Of a stretch of 64,000 bases of DNA, positions 37,489 through 47,247 are shown in pieces; the stretch's first letter is position 1; every line of letters starts with the position of its first letter. The DNA comes from Candidatus Aminicenantes bacterium (GTDB lineage Bacteria; Acidobacteriota; Aminicenantia; UBA2199), in the NCBI GenBank assembly GCA_029938635.1, contig JAOZUQ010000005.1, positions 1,363-65,362 of the forward strand, written 5' to 3'. The position numbers and the translations under genes are program-made. Under the pieces are notes generated by a model. It did not search any database. It saw only the letters and a list, made by a program, of their open reading frames with translations, and had not been told where the DNA came from.

Positions 37489-39345
37489 TTAATCCTTTTC
37501 GAGGATCTCAATTTTAAGTTTAATTCCATTCAGAAAAATCTTGCATTTGGATTGATTGTGCTGGAAACTTTCATCCGGTCCGACAAACATTATTCCGTGA
37601 TTGCTGTTCGGGAAGCCCATCCATCCCTGGGCAGCAGTAGTCATATTCGATTTTGGATCAGGTATCAGGCCCATATTAACAATAAAACCATCACTAAAAG
37701 GAGCGTTAACTTTGTAAACCGACACATTGCAATCCACAGGGTAATAGGTTTTATTATACTTAAGCTTTGCGCTCAGGATAATACCTTTCCCCTTGAATTG
37801 TTTAAGATCGAAATATGCATGGGTTCTCCATATATCGCCGTAATAGGTCTTCCCGTGATTAGCCGCATAATTTGAATATCCGGTCCATCCCTGAGAACTC
37901 CCCCCGGCCGCCACACAGCCGCCTACCTGGGACTCCAAGTGAGCCAGATTACCAGCATCTACCGCCCAGGTAGATCTTTTGCAATAATTTCCGAACGAAC
38001 CGTTTATCTCATAAGTTTTTACTTTGGTTCCTATCTGGACCGTGAACATTCCACTTTTGCCTGATGCTTTGCCGTCTGTCCTGGATATTTTTATTACATA
38101 TTTTGCCGGGCCGGTACCTTTGGGAATGAACCAGTTGTATGTTGATGTATCCGGAGGTTTACCTCCCCCTTTGTAAAGCTTTACTACATTTACACCAAGG
38201 ATAGTTTTTATTGTTCTTACGAATGTATTTCCTGAATAATTATAAAGATCTATCTTTATTGTATTTTTCTTTGTAAATTTATTTTTCCATTTAATAAGGT
38301 GGGTTTTACCTTCCTTCCAGAAACTTGATGTTGACGGCTTTAATATTTCTATATTACCATGAATGGGCGTAATTACCATTTCCGGGGTGATCTGAAATTT
38401 TGGCTTGATCATGAATGGGTCCGAATCATCTGTCACCTGATCATCGCTCATGATCCTCAGGCGATATGTCCCGGTCGCATAATTTCCCGGTATCTTCCAG
38501 CTTTTTGACCCGTTGTTGGATCCGGTCAATTGCTCAAGAAAATTTGGCTGGGAAATAACTGAACCTCTATAGATGTTGATCTTAACACCTGCAGATTGCT
38601 GCCCGGTCTTGTCCCATGTTATTAAATTTGTGATCCCTTTTCTCCAGATTGTGCTGGAGTCAGGTTTTAAAATTGTGATCGACGGTTCTTCTTCCGGTAG
38701 TGCATCTTCGATAACAAGTAATCCGCTGTCACCGACACATAAGTTGTCATCGGTCTTAATCCTTATATAATAGTTCCCCGGATCAAAAGTATTCGGGATC
38801 GTCCAACTTTTTGTATTTGTACCTGAAGCTGTCAATTGAAGCTTAAAGTTCGACTGATTGATACTATCTTTAAAAATATTGATCTTATAACTGGTAACCG
38901 AACAATTTGTCGGGACCCATGTAATTGAATGTGTGGAACCTTTTTTCCAGACCGCCCCCGGCCCGGGACTGGTAACTGTAATTGAGGCTGATTGAGGTTT
39001 ATCTGCAATAATAAATAATCCACTATCTCCTACACACAGGTTGTCATCCGTTTTGACCCTTATAATATAATTTCCTGAGTCAAAGGTGCCCGGTATCGTC
39101 CAGCTTTTTGTATTTGTGCCTGAAGCAGTCAGTTGAAGCTTAAAGTTCGGCTGACTGATACTATCTTTAAAAATATTGATCTTATAACTGGTAATCGAAC
39201 AATTTGACGGAGTCCAGGTGATGTTGTGAGTGTCACCTTTGTACCAGGTAACTCCATTCCCGGGAGCTGTAACATTAATACTCTGTGACCAGATCACTCC
39301 GCTAAAAAACATAATTAGTAATAATAATATCCTGAATTTTTTCAT
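37489..39345 (-). CDS. Secreted protein with four Ig-like (Kre9/KNH-like) repeats and a DNRLRE-like C-terminal domain
   Basis: Four I....P.....W.KG....I.W-type repeats, the first two near-identical with 297-bp period; C-terminal R.HAYFDL...ILSAKL...QGW...NHGIMF. Confidence 0.7.
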   Translation of the reverse strand: MKKFRILLLLIMFFSGVIWSQSINVTAPGNGVTWYKGDTHNITWTPSNCSITSYKINIFKDSISQPNFKLQLTASGTNTKSWTIPGTFDSGNYIIRVKTDDNLCVGDSGLFIIADKPQSASITVTSPGPGAVWKKGSTHSITWVPTNCSVTSYKINIFKDSINQSNFKLQLTASGTNTKSWTIPNTFDPGNYYIRIKTDDNLCVGDSGLLVIEDALPEEEPSITILKPDSSTIWRKGITNLITWDKTGQQSAGVKINIYRGSVISQPNFLEQLTGSNNGSKSWKIPGNYATGTYRLRIMSDDQVTDDSDPFMIKPKFQITPEMVITPIHGNIEILKPSTSSFWKEGKTHLIKWKNKFTKKNTIKIDLYNYSGNTFVRTIKTILGVNVVKLYKGGGKPPDTSTYNWFIPKGTGPAKYVIKISRTDGKASGKSGMFTVQIGTKVKTYEINGSFGNYCKRSTWAVDAGNLAHLESQVGGCVAAGGSSQGWTGYSNYAANHGKTYYGDIWRTHAYFDLKQFKGKGIILSAKLKYNKTYYPVDCNVSVYKVNAPFSDGFIVNMGLIPDPKSNMTTAAQGWMGFPNSNHGIMFVGPDESFQHNQSKCKIFLNGIKLKIEILEKD

Positions 39346-39431
39346 GTAATTCTCCTATTTATATAGATAAAACTTTTAGTATTAATATCTCAAAAATAAT
39401 TTATCATGTAACTAATTCTGAGATAAGAGAA

Positions 39432-39452
39432 GGCGGGGCATTGAGCCCCGCC
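39432..39452. terminator. Intrinsic terminator hairpin, paralogous to 36289-36312
   Basis: GGCGGGGC-ATTGA-GCCCCGCC. Confidence 0.75.
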
Positions 39453-39497
39453 CTGTACTTTATGATTCAACAACCAAATGCATCAAAAATATATATA

Positions 39498-40634
39498 TTA
39501 TTTATAATGAGTGCCGAGGGGTCCTTCGACAATTATTTTAATCCTGTACCGGACATTGTCATTAGGTGTTACTTTCCAGTGAACAATAGCACTCCAGTTC
39601 GGTTGACCAGCTGGAAATGAAGGGGTAGGACCTGACAACACTTCATCCCCTGAACTCTTAGACCACTCAACTTTCTGCATACTTTTCAGGACCCAACCGT
39701 TTTTAAGACTAATTGAGTAGACATCATCTCCCACATCATCACCTATGGCTCCCCATACGTTTGAATGATAACCACAAATCGCATAAGCTGTAGCACATCC
39801 CACAGTAAATTCCTCTCCTGGCCAGATATCACCACTTCCAGATGAAACACCATTACAAACATTACTGTTACCATCATTTCCGCAACTGACACCTACTGCA
39901 TCAGCAGTAAGCACTTTTTCTTCTCTCCCCTTGAACTGGGGATTACCGAATGGATCGCTTTTAAAAGTAAACTTAGATACAACAACCACACTGACAATCT
40001 GGTTCGGCTGACCGTTGGCAGACTGAGGAATAAATCCATTTGCCTTTGAATTAATTTCCCATGTGACATTTTCAAGCTCAATATGCCCCCCCGGGAAATT
40101 ACCCTTAATAAGGATCCTTCCTTTCTGGGGTCCGAAATTTTTTCCCCTGACAAACAACTGAGTCCCAGGTTGTAACGCACCCAGTGGAATCGGCAATATA
40201 GATTCAACAACAGGCTTAAACATCCCCGGTTTGGGTTTGAACTGCGGTTTCTTCTTGAACTTCTTAATCACATCAGGATTGATATAGAATTTGTTTTTTA
40301 TCTCAAACAGTTTGCTATCCCCTAGACATGTATTCTCAGCCTTAACCCTGATCACATACATCCCTACTTCAAAATCTGCAGGGATTTTCCAGTTCTTTTG
40401 GGTCACTCCGGAAGCAGTAAGCTGAAGTTTGAAATTTGCCTGAAGGACACTCCCCTTGAAAATATTGATCTTATAATCAGTTTCCTGACATCCGTTTGGC
40501 GTCCATTTGATTAAATAAGTATTTCCCTTGAACCAGTCAACACTCCCATCCGGTTTGTTGACAGTAATGGATCCAGGAAAGATCAAGCCTGTACAAATCA
40601 AAATAGTAATAAATAAAACTGATAATTTTCTCAT
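39498..40634 (-). CDS. Secreted protein, paralog B of 36354-37445
   Basis: Near-identical to paralog A from ITVNKPDG to FKGREEK; diverged but homologous C-terminus. Confidence 0.75.
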   Translation of the reverse strand: MRKLSVLFITILICTGLIFPGSITVNKPDGSVDWFKGNTYLIKWTPNGCQETDYKINIFKGSVLQANFKLQLTASGVTQKNWKIPADFEVGMYVIRVKAENTCLGDSKLFEIKNKFYINPDVIKKFKKKPQFKPKPGMFKPVVESILPIPLGALQPGTQLFVRGKNFGPQKGRILIKGNFPGGHIELENVTWEINSKANGFIPQSANGQPNQIVSVVVVSKFTFKSDPFGNPQFKGREEKVLTADAVGVSCGNDGNSNVCNGVSSGSGDIWPGEEFTVGCATAYAICGYHSNVWGAIGDDVGDDVYSISLKNGWVLKSMQKVEWSKSSGDEVLSGPTPSFPAGQPNWSAIVHWKVTPNDNVRYRIKIIVEGPLGTHYK

Positions 40635-40800
40635 ACTCGTCTCCTTACTTATATATAAAACCGGGGGAATAGAAATCTCAAATAAAAATCGCTGCTAATA
40701 AATTAACCTAATAATTGATATGACACAGCTATGGCATATTTTATTGTAAATCAGTGGAAAAACCGGGAAAACAAATTTGGAAGAAAAAGAAAAATATAAA

Positions 40801-40825
40801 AAAAAAGGCAGGGATTAACCTGCCT
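40801..40825 (-). terminator. trxA terminator
   Basis: Minus strand AGGCAGG...CCTGCCT followed by a long T run. Confidence 0.8.
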
Positions 40826-40845
40826 CTAGTATTTGAATACTTGGT

Positions 40846-41202
40846 TTATGCTTCTACTTTCAGTACTGTTTTGATAGCTTCTTCAAAACTTTCCTTTGGA
40901 AGAGCGCCCATTGACATTTGAGGTTTGTCGTCCTTCGGAATGAATAATATTGATGGGATACTTGTGATCTGAAATATCCCTGCAAGTTCGCCCTGGGCCT
41001 CAGTATCAACTTTAAATATATTGATCTTACCGTCAAACTCCTTGGAAAGCTTCTCCAGAACAGGAGCAACCATCTTGCAGGGCTGACACCAGTCTGCATA
41101 AAAATCAATTATTGCAGGAAGTTCCCCTTTGAATTTCCATTCCTTCTCATTTTCAAAATCAAATATTTTTTCAACGAATGTTTCTTTTGTTAAATGTTCC
41201 AT
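40846..41202 (-). CDS. trxA: Thioredoxin
   Basis: DFYADWCQPCK, SIPS. Confidence 0.93.
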   Translation of the reverse strand: MEHLTKETFVEKIFDFENEKEWKFKGELPAIIDFYADWCQPCKMVAPVLEKLSKEFDGKINIFKVDTEAQGELAGIFQITSIPSILFIPKDDKPQMSMGALPKESFEEAIKTVLKVEA

Positions 41203-41237
41203 CTTACATATCTCCTAAGTGTTTTTGTTAATATTTA

Positions 41238-41266
41238 ATTATACCACTTTTTGCCTTTCGGGTCAA
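41238..41266 (-). promoter_or_regulatory. trxA sigma70 promoter
   Basis: TTGACC-17bp-TATAAT with extended -10 TG. Confidence 0.7.
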
Positions 41267-41281
41267 TGCTGCAATCGACCT

Positions 41282-42391
41282 CTAGTAATTCTCCAGACGT
41301 GTCAATGTGGTGCTCAATTCAAGTACTTCCACCGGGCAATCCTTCCATCCACTTTCCCAGCATACAAGTAGTTCGCAGTTCTTCGTAAGCCTTTCGTTTT
41401 TTTTCAGATCGAGACTGTTTAGCGCAAATCCAAGGTTAACAGCTTCCCATTTTTCCTCTTCAGACGACTTGTTTCTTTTCCCTGAGAAACAATACCGGTC
41501 TAACCCGAAAGACTCAACTATAAAGTTCAACTCTTCACAAACCACTCCGAATATAAATATCACTCCCCGTGTATCGATCGGAGCAAATTTAATTCCTCTG
41601 AAATTCAGTGGGTTACCCTTTTCTTTTTCAGATTTTGTAATTGCAGGCTTAATAGTTTCAGGAATTATTTTTTTCTTCTTCTTTTTCTGAACATCCATAG
41701 CCATCAGGTTCTCGATCCCACCACCATCATCCGGAACATAATCAAAACTGGGCTCCGACTCTTCTTTACTCTTCCTGCTCTTCTCCTTATTTTCGATCTC
41801 ATCAATTGTAAGGATATTATCACTTCCGAAATTATCGCTGAATTTATCCGATTCGGATTTTTCAATGCCCATTTCATTTTTTTTAATGGAAACAAGTGTC
41901 TCCTCAAAATTTATCTTTGACTTCTTTTTGCTATCCTTTTTTTTGGTAACCATAATCGTTTTATCAGGAGAAACAATCTCGATAGGCCCTTCATCCATCA
42001 CAATGGTTTTATCAGGAGATGGCGCCGATTTCCGGTCATACTTGGATTTAGCAAGATTAAGTGCATCAGTAAGAGTTCTCCACCTCTGCTCATAATCTTC
42101 TTTTGAATATCTTCCGTTCTTTTCTATTAATGCATATGTAGGAGTTTCTCCGAACTCCTTCTCAATCCTGAGCAGGTCTTTAAGCAGGTCCTTATCTTTG
42201 ACCTCTTCAACAAAAGTCCCGTCTTCAAGTCCTGCTTCCCTCAGGGCATCATGCCATGAGCTGATATAGAAATTTATTGTACTAACAGGGATCATTGTAT
42301 TCTTTATGAAGTCTTTTTTCTTAAGGCTACTGGTTTTAAGGTTGGATGCCACCCTTTTTATCTCTTCTATGATCTGATTTTTATCATACAT
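41282..42391 (-). CDS. Homing-endonuclease-associated-repeat-like N-terminus, charged linker, degenerate PD-(D/E)XK-like C-terminal domain
   Basis: QIIEEIKRVA...SWHDALREAGL and LLKDLLRI...GETPT...W.TL..AL..A repeats; C-terminal APIDTRGVIFIFG...LVCWESGWKDCPVEVLEL. Confidence 0.55.
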   Translation of the reverse strand: MYDKNQIIEEIKRVASNLKTSSLKKKDFIKNTMIPVSTINFYISSWHDALREAGLEDGTFVEEVKDKDLLKDLLRIEKEFGETPTYALIEKNGRYSKEDYEQRWRTLTDALNLAKSKYDRKSAPSPDKTIVMDEGPIEIVSPDKTIMVTKKKDSKKKSKINFEETLVSIKKNEMGIEKSESDKFSDNFGSDNILTIDEIENKEKSRKSKEESEPSFDYVPDDGGGIENLMAMDVQKKKKKKIIPETIKPAITKSEKEKGNPLNFRGIKFAPIDTRGVIFIFGVVCEELNFIVESFGLDRYCFSGKRNKSSEEEKWEAVNLGFALNSLDLKKNERLTKNCELLVCWESGWKDCPVEVLELSTTLTRLENY

Positions 42392-42392
42392 A

Positions 42393-43664
42393 TCATTCCT
42401 TGCAGTTTTTTATGGTCTGCTCACTGCTAACCCCAACAGAAACCGCCCTGACAGGAATTTCTGAAAATTCTTCTATAAATCTGATATATTCTTTAGCTTC
42501 TTCAGGAAGGTCTTTATAAACCTTAATTCCGGATGTATCCGATCTCCATCCTCTGAACTTTTTTAAAACCGGAGTTACATTGTCAAGATAGATGTGGTCC
42601 GGTTCAAAGATTGTACTTATATCACCATCAGTTTGATATCCGGTCACCATTTCGATCTCTTCAAGTTCATCAAGAACATCAAGTTTTGTTAAGAAAATGT
42701 CATCAACTCCATTCACCATCACAGCATACTTCAAGGCGACAAGGTCCAGCCATCCTACCCTTCTCGGCCTTCCTGTGGTTGACCCGTATTCATTCCCTTG
42801 TTTCCGGAGATATTCACCGGTATCTCCTTTCAGTTCTGAGGGGAATGGGCCGCCACCGACCCTTGTAGTATAAGCTTTTGATATTCCGGTGATCGTGTCA
42901 AGGCTTTTATGTGGGAGCCCTGTCCCTGTAAACATCCCGCCTACAGTTGGATTTGAAGAAGTGACAAAAGGAAAAGTACCAAAGTTTATGTCCAGAAGGA
43001 CTCCCTGAGCGCCTTCGAACAATATCTTCTTCCCCTGCTTCAGAAAACCATTCAATAAATAAATAGAATTTTTTGTGAATTCTTTTAGAAATTTTCCATA
43101 TTCGATATATTCGTCAATATAAGATTCCAGTTCGATCTCTTTACCGTTAAAAGTTCTGATAAGTTTGTTGTAATATTCATTAAGAGGCTTGATCTTATTG
43201 TAAAATCTATCCTTATCAAAGAGATCTCCGGTAAAAACGGCCCTCCTTCCTGTCAGGTCCTCATAAGCAGGCCCTATTCCTCTCCTGGTTGTTCCGATCT
43301 CAATATAACGGGAATTTTCAAATACCACATCTAATTGCTGATGTTCAGGAAGTATCAGAGGTGCTGTGGAACTGAGCACAAGATTATTACAATTAACTCC
43401 GAATTTTTCAACTCCTTTGATCTCTTCAGTTAGCTTGACAGGATTGACAACAACTCCGTTCCCGATGACCGAGACAGTAGAAGGTGAGAATATACCTGAA
43501 GGAAGCAGGTGAAGAATAATCTTTTCACCTTTATGGTAAATAGTATGGCCTGCATTGTGCCCGCCCTGATATCTTACTACGACCTCATATTCAGGAGCAA
43601 GATAATTAATAGCTTTTCCTTTCCCTTCATCTCCCCACTGAAGCCCGATCACAGCTAAGTTCAT
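42393..43664 (-). CDS. purA: Adenylosuccinate synthetase
   Basis: GLQWGDEGKGK, QGGHNAGHT, IGTTRRGIGPAY, EGAQG, TTGRPRRVGWLD. Confidence 0.98.
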   Translation of the reverse strand: MNLAVIGLQWGDEGKGKAINYLAPEYEVVVRYQGGHNAGHTIYHKGEKIILHLLPSGIFSPSTVSVIGNGVVVNPVKLTEEIKGVEKFGVNCNNLVLSSTAPLILPEHQQLDVVFENSRYIEIGTTRRGIGPAYEDLTGRRAVFTGDLFDKDRFYNKIKPLNEYYNKLIRTFNGKEIELESYIDEYIEYGKFLKEFTKNSIYLLNGFLKQGKKILFEGAQGVLLDINFGTFPFVTSSNPTVGGMFTGTGLPHKSLDTITGISKAYTTRVGGGPFPSELKGDTGEYLRKQGNEYGSTTGRPRRVGWLDLVALKYAVMVNGVDDIFLTKLDVLDELEEIEMVTGYQTDGDISTIFEPDHIYLDNVTPVLKKFRGWRSDTSGIKVYKDLPEEAKEYIRFIEEFSEIPVRAVSVGVSSEQTIKNCKE

Positions 43665-43732
43665 ATAAAATTCCCCCGGTTTGTACTCGGTACAACCTGA
43701 CTAATTTTATCAGAGAAAAAGAGACAAATCAA

Positions 43733-44494
43733 TCAGAACCTCAGTGACATACATGTAAGGCCTCCATCCATCTTCCTCACTTCACTTACATTCAGGGTTA
43801 TTACCGGCTTATCAAGAGCGGCAAGCTGCTTGTGAGTATCGGGGAAACCTGCAGGAGTTATAAATGTTCCGTTTATCAGGAGTGTGTTTGCCGCATACTC
43901 TTCACCTTCTTTGATTATAAGCCTTTCGAAATCTGAAAACCCGGGAATATCTCTGAATACATATGTCATCAACATTTTCCCGTCTCCAAGATAATTCACC
44001 CCTGACTTAAGATGCAGTCCGTCACCTACACTAACTATATCAACAATATATCCGAATCTTTTCAGAATATCTGAAAGCTGATCTGCACCTTCTCTGTTCG
44101 TCCTTTCAGAGAGCCCAATAAAAAAATGGTTGTTTGCCTGCAGCACATCTCCTCCGTCAAGTACTCCCGGAGGTTTTATTCTCAGAGTATCTCTGAATCT
44201 CATCAGGATGAACTCAATTCCATCTTCTTCACCTTTTCTTGATTGTGCTCCGGGATTCGTTATAATTCCAATCTCAGGTATTATAACAGCTGTATCCTCT
44301 ACAAAATAAGCATCGGGATAACCAGGGAGAGGATCAAGTACAATAACATCAAGGCCGAGTTGTTTAAGAATATTTGTATATTCATTATGCTGAGACAAGA
44401 TCATATTGAAATCAGGATTTCCGAGTTCAGAGGTTGTTTCCCCACTACCGAAGTCTTCTCCCGGCATCCTTAGAATTGCAGTTTTAAAGCTCAT
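43733..44494 (-). CDS. ddaH: Dimethylarginine dimethylaminohydrolase (amidinotransferase family)
   Basis: PDAYFVEDTA, SRKGE, LDGGDVL, HLKSG, KMDGGLTCMSLRF. Confidence 0.9.
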   Translation of the reverse strand: MSFKTAILRMPGEDFGSGETTSELGNPDFNMILSQHNEYTNILKQLGLDVIVLDPLPGYPDAYFVEDTAVIIPEIGIITNPGAQSRKGEEDGIEFILMRFRDTLRIKPPGVLDGGDVLQANNHFFIGLSERTNREGADQLSDILKRFGYIVDIVSVGDGLHLKSGVNYLGDGKMLMTYVFRDIPGFSDFERLIIKEGEEYAANTLLINGTFITPAGFPDTHKQLAALDKPVITLNVSEVRKMDGGLTCMSLRF

Positions 44495-44551
44495 AAGCTC
44501 TCCTGAGAATTAATATTTAAACGTAGGAAAAAATAAAAATTTTTGCAATGA

Positions 44552-44575
44552 TACAGCTGCCCGGAGGCAGCTGTA
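44552..44575. terminator. Terminator-like hairpin after M3 peptidase
   Basis: TACAGCTGCC-CGGA-GGCAGCTGTA, perfect 10-bp stem. Confidence 0.7.
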
Positions 44576-44594
44576 ATATCGACAAAAAATAAAA

Positions 44595-46745
44595 TTACTT
44601 CTTAAGTCCTCTTTTTTTGAGAAGGGCATCTATCTTAGGTTCAGCTCCTCTGAACTTTTTGTAAAGTACCATCGGTTCTTCGGAACCACCTCTCGCAAGG
44701 ACATTATCCCTGAAAGCTTTAGCAGTTTTCTGATCAAAAAGTCCATTCTCCTTGAAAGCCTCAAATGCATCTGAATCGAGTACTTCCGCCCAGATATAAG
44801 CATAATAACCGGAATCATATCCACCTATTATATGAGCGAAATATGTGCTTCTGTATCTTGGAATAATCTCAGGGATCAGGCCTATTTTATTAAGATAATC
44901 TTTTTCAAATTTGTTTGTATCCCTTAGCTTCTCATCCTTCAATGTGTGCCAGTTCAGATCAAGATAACAGGCAGCAAGATATTCGAGTGTAACAAATCCC
45001 TGATTAAAAAGTTTGCTTGCATTTAACTTGTCAAGAAATTCCTGAGGGATCGGTTCCCCGGTTTTATAATGTTTTGCATAAACTTTCAGAACTTCAGGAT
45101 GAAGAGCCCAATGCTCCATGATCTGTGACGGGAGTTCAACAAAATCCCATGCAACATTTGTACCGGAAATCGACTCATATTTAACTGTTGAAAGAAGATT
45201 GTGAAGAGCATGCCCGAATTCATGAAAAAGTGTTGAAGCATCATCAGGGCTCAGAAGCGCCGGTTTGTCTCCAACCGGCTTTGAAGCATTAAGCACCATA
45301 TATACTACGGGAGTTATTTCCTTCCCGTTCTTATAATGGTAATCACGTACACTGCCGCACCAGGCACCACCCCTTTTGCTCTCTCTGGGGAAAAAGTCCA
45401 TATAGAGGATCCCGATATGGCTTCCATCCGATTCCAACACTTCAAAAGTAGTTACATCCTTATGATAGAGGGGGATATCCTTTCTCTCTACAAATTTTAT
45501 TCCATAGAGTTTATTTGCAACATAAAAAGCTCCTTCCCTTACATTCTCAAGTTTAAAATAAGGGCGGAGAACACCTTCATCAAAATCAAATTTTTCTTTT
45601 CTCAGTTTTTCCGTATAATACCACCAGTCCCAGGATGCAAGTTTAAATTTGCCACCCTCCTTGTCAATGATTTTCTGAAGTTCAGCTGCTTCACTTTTTG
45701 CATTTTTCAATGCGGGAACCCAAATTTGATCCAGAAGCTTATAAACATTCCCCGGGTTTTTTGCCATATTACGTTCAAGCCTGAAATCAGCGTGAGTATC
45801 AAAACCCATGATATTCGCCCTCTTTACCCTGAGCGATGCGATTTTTGCTACGATCTTTTTATTGTCGTTCTTATTGTTGTTATCACCACGGAAAATATAA
45901 CCTTTGTATAATTTTTCCCTCAGATCCCGTTTTTTTGAATACTTCAGGAATGGGGTCCAGCTCGGCCTCTGAGGAGTGAAAATCCATTCCCCTTTTTCTC
46001 CCATTGCCTCAGCCGTTTCTGCAGCTCCGTCAATAACAGATTGAGGAAGTCCTTCAAGATCCTCTTTCTTATCAATTACCATCTTAAATCCGTTAGTTTC
46101 AGCAAGAAGATTCTTTCCGAATTGCAGGCCTAATATGGATAATTCCTGATTGATCTTCCTTAGTTTTGTCTTATCCTCTTCATTCAGGTTCGCGCCGCCT
46201 CTGACAAACCCCTTATAATACTCCTCAACCACTTTCTTCTGTTCGAGATTGAGATTAAATTTGTCAACATTATCAAAAACACTTTTTACCTTTTTGAACA
46301 ATTTTGCACTCAAATTGATATCATCTCTATGCTTGGAGAGAAGAGGGGACATCTGTTTTGCAATATCTTGCATATGTTTGTTCGTCAAACTGCTGTAGAG
46401 GCTGAAGAAAACTCCGGAAACTTTAGATAAAAGTTCTCCGCTATACTCGAGAGCTTCGATCGTATTAACAAAATTCGGCTCTTTTTTACAGTCAATAATA
46501 GCCTGAATTTCTTTTTTGTGATCTTCCATCCCCTTTTTAAAAGCCGGAACATAATGGTCCTCTTTTATAAGATTAAAAGGCGGTACCTCAAACGGCGTAT
46601 CATACTTCTTAAAAAAAGGATTATCACACATCTTTTTCTCCTCCACCTTATCACCTGCCATAACAATTCCGCTGAGCAAAATAAACGTAATTATAAATAC
46701 CGGCAGTGAACCTAAAATTGATTTTTTCATATTTAATATTTTCAT
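44595..46745 (-). CDS. dcp: Exported M3A metallopeptidase (peptidyl-dipeptidase Dcp-like)
   Basis: Signal peptide, KRGGAW, FHEFGHALH, DFVELPSQIMEHW, YDSGYYAYIWAEVLD. Confidence 0.9.
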   Translation of the reverse strand: MKILNMKKSILGSLPVFIITFILLSGIVMAGDKVEEKKMCDNPFFKKYDTPFEVPPFNLIKEDHYVPAFKKGMEDHKKEIQAIIDCKKEPNFVNTIEALEYSGELLSKVSGVFFSLYSSLTNKHMQDIAKQMSPLLSKHRDDINLSAKLFKKVKSVFDNVDKFNLNLEQKKVVEEYYKGFVRGGANLNEEDKTKLRKINQELSILGLQFGKNLLAETNGFKMVIDKKEDLEGLPQSVIDGAAETAEAMGEKGEWIFTPQRPSWTPFLKYSKKRDLREKLYKGYIFRGDNNNKNDNKKIVAKIASLRVKRANIMGFDTHADFRLERNMAKNPGNVYKLLDQIWVPALKNAKSEAAELQKIIDKEGGKFKLASWDWWYYTEKLRKEKFDFDEGVLRPYFKLENVREGAFYVANKLYGIKFVERKDIPLYHKDVTTFEVLESDGSHIGILYMDFFPRESKRGGAWCGSVRDYHYKNGKEITPVVYMVLNASKPVGDKPALLSPDDASTLFHEFGHALHNLLSTVKYESISGTNVAWDFVELPSQIMEHWALHPEVLKVYAKHYKTGEPIPQEFLDKLNASKLFNQGFVTLEYLAACYLDLNWHTLKDEKLRDTNKFEKDYLNKIGLIPEIIPRYRSTYFAHIIGGYDSGYYAYIWAEVLDSDAFEAFKENGLFDQKTAKAFRDNVLARGGSEEPMVLYKKFRGAEPKIDALLKKRGLKK

Positions 46746-46866
46746 ATGGTTTTTACGAAATACAAATAATTATAGTTTTGTATTTCACCTCCTTTATTCT
46801 ATGATTATATAACGAAATCCTGAATTTTCAAATTACAAAAACAGGGTAGGATCAAGCGGATCTTAT

Positions 46867-47247
46867 TTACACCCTTCCTTCGGTAAGTTTCCTTATCATT
46901 CCGGTAAATTCTGATATATTTTTAATAGGCTTTTTGAACACAAGTTCGTCGGAAATCCCCAATTCTGCCAGAGACTCAGGGAGCGAATAGCCCATAGATC
47001 CGGTATGAATTATGAACTTCATTTCAGGCAGCAGTTTATTCAGTTTCGATATCAGCACATTTCCGTCTATACCGGGCAATCTCATATCAATAATACCAAT
47101 ATCCACTTTTTGATCAACAATCCTCTCAAGTGCTTCTTCACCGCTGTTAGCAGAAATAACTGTATATCCTTCATCTTCAAGATAAGCTTCAAGAGTAATA
47201 CGTACGATTTCTTCATCATCAACAAGCAATATTTTCACTGAAGACAT
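46867..47247 (-). CDS. Single-domain response regulator receiver
   Basis: ILLVDDE, IIDMRLPGIDG, HTG, KP; no output domain. Confidence 0.9.
   Translation of the reverse strand: MSSVKILLVDDEEIVRITLEAYLEDEGYTVISANSGEEALERIVDQKVDIGIIDMRLPGIDGNVLISKLNKLLPEMKFIIHTGSMGYSLPESLAELGISDELVFKKPIKNISEFTGMIRKLTEGRV

Noticed and set aside
37446..37529. N-terminal extension of the 391-aa ORF
   Set aside because: Overlaps the upstream gene; SD and signal peptide point to ATG 37445.
36354..40634. Possible diversity-generating retroelement (TR/VR pair)
   Set aside because: No reverse transcriptase in the window; both copies are full genes, and the differences include indels and do not look adenine-restricted by eye.
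43665..43732. Purine riboswitch upstream of purA
   Set aside because: Only a small hairpin (GGTTGTAC-CGA-GTACAAACC); too short and no purine aptamer core.
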